Source: an uncultured bacterium (lineage in GTDB: Bacteria > B130-G9). From it: a stretch of DNA of 35,297 nucleotides. Position numbers and translations under genes: made by a program. Below the pieces are notes generated by a model, which was not told the DNA's origin, did no database searches, and saw only the letters and a program-made list of their open reading frames with translations. The stretch is from NCBI GenBank assembly GCA_965372715.1, contig CBDVDH010000041.1:1-35297 (forward strand), in the 5' to 3' direction. Positions 34,503 through 35,297 of this stretch are shown here, piece after piece. Positions within the stretch are counted from its first letter, which is position 1. Each line of letters opens with the position of its first letter.

Positions 34503-35297
34503 AATCTCCGCAGGGGATACCGTGGGTAGCCGTGTGTGAAACACAACGGGAATCGAGGCCTTTACAAATATCTTCGTGTAAGCCATGCTATAAATCTATG
34601 CCGACGTTTTATCAAATCTATTATCATATTATCTTCACAACAAAGAGAAGGCGACCTGTTCTCCTTGCGGCAGGTCGCGAATGGCTCTTTCGATTCATCT
34701 GGGGGATTATCAAGAACAGGGATTGTCATTTGTATCGGATCAACGGCATGGAAGATCACATTCATCTAGTCACCGCTCTTCATCCTAAAATTTGCCTGGC
34801 GAATCTGATGAGGGATGTCAAAGCCGGGTCATCCAAATGGATAAAGGAGAAGAGGCTCTTCCCGGATTTCGAGGCTTGGCAGGACGGTTATGGTGCGTTC
34901 ACACATTCTCAGGTGGATAAGGACCGCCTGATCGAATATGTGAGGAACCAGCAAGAAGACCATAAAGAGCTCTCCTTTGAGGAGGAATGGCGCAGGCTAT
35001 TGGCTGAGGCTGGTATAAAGCTCGACGGCAGGTTCGAATGATCCCGTCAGGCTGACGCCTGCGGCTACCCATGGCCTTCCCTGACGGGAAATTAGAGCAG
35101 GCCTGTGACGAACCAACTTTGATCGCTATACAGTCGCCAGAGTGCATTCGAGACAATCGTCAATCCCCGATAGGGGATACCGTGGGTAGCCGTGTGTGAA
35201 ACACAACGGAAATAGATGCAGGCCGGATCACCTCATCTCAATCCGTCAGGCTGACGCCTGCGGCTACCCATGGCCTTCCCTGACGGGAAATTAGAGC
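34503..35297 (+). mobile_element. REP-associated tyrosine transposase locus: tnpA flanked by inverted GTAG REPs, followed by a REPIN/BIME-like doublet
   Basis: REP A at 34512-34549 is identical to 35172-35209. REP B at 35044-35098 is identical to 35243-35297 and inverted relative to A. Confidence 0.85.
34598..35041 (+). CDS. tnpA: IS200/IS605-type HUH (Y1) transposase, probably REP-associated
   Basis: YHIIFTTK.R, EDHIHL (HUH), K..SS.WI, WQDGYGAF and Y..NQ (catalytic Tyr). Confidence 0.92.
   Translation: MPTFYQIYYHIIFTTKRRRPVLLAAGREWLFRFIWGIIKNRDCHLYRINGMEDHIHLVTALHPKICLANLMRDVKAGSSKWIKEKRLFPDFEAWQDGYGAFTHSQVDKDRLIEYVRNQQEDHKELSFEEEWRRLLAEAGIKLDGRFE

Noticed and set aside
34503-35297. CRISPR array or TnpB/omega-RNA system
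   Set aside because: The repeats are two alternating inverted types without regular unique spacers, and there is no cas or tnpB gene in the window.

Overview
GC-rich bacterial chromosomal window, probably from an anaerobe. Left to right it holds: (1) housekeeping genes (tRNA nucleotidyltransferase, amidohydrolase, GH3 hexosaminidase, holB with a large insertion); (2) a small defence and toxin-antitoxin hotspot between holB and glyQ, with an intact RelE-like/DUF2283 pair set in the remains of a duplicated MNT-HEPN locus and a single-chain type IIG-like restriction-modification gene; (3) glyQ and kbl; (4) exported or membrane proteins; (5) a carbamoyltransferase-SxtJ-DUF5989 cluster with two SGNH hydrolases, one bracketed by a perfect 46-bp direct repeat; (6) a ~10.7-kb minus-strand cluster with a sigma-54 promoter, resembling the orange-protein (ORP) system and extended with three DUF5320-like paralogues and the nickel-pincer genes larE-larB-larC; (7) an HUH transposase flanked by GTAG REP hairpins. 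The best hidden signal is a small membrane ORF at 22133-22315. It has an in-frame UGA in a U-x4-C context, followed by a bacterial SECIS-like hairpin with a GGUCU loop, and is a candidate unannotated selenoprotein. A weaker second candidate lies at the end of a zinc-ribbon gene in the ORP-like cluster. All family assignments come from motif recognition by eye, not database searches.
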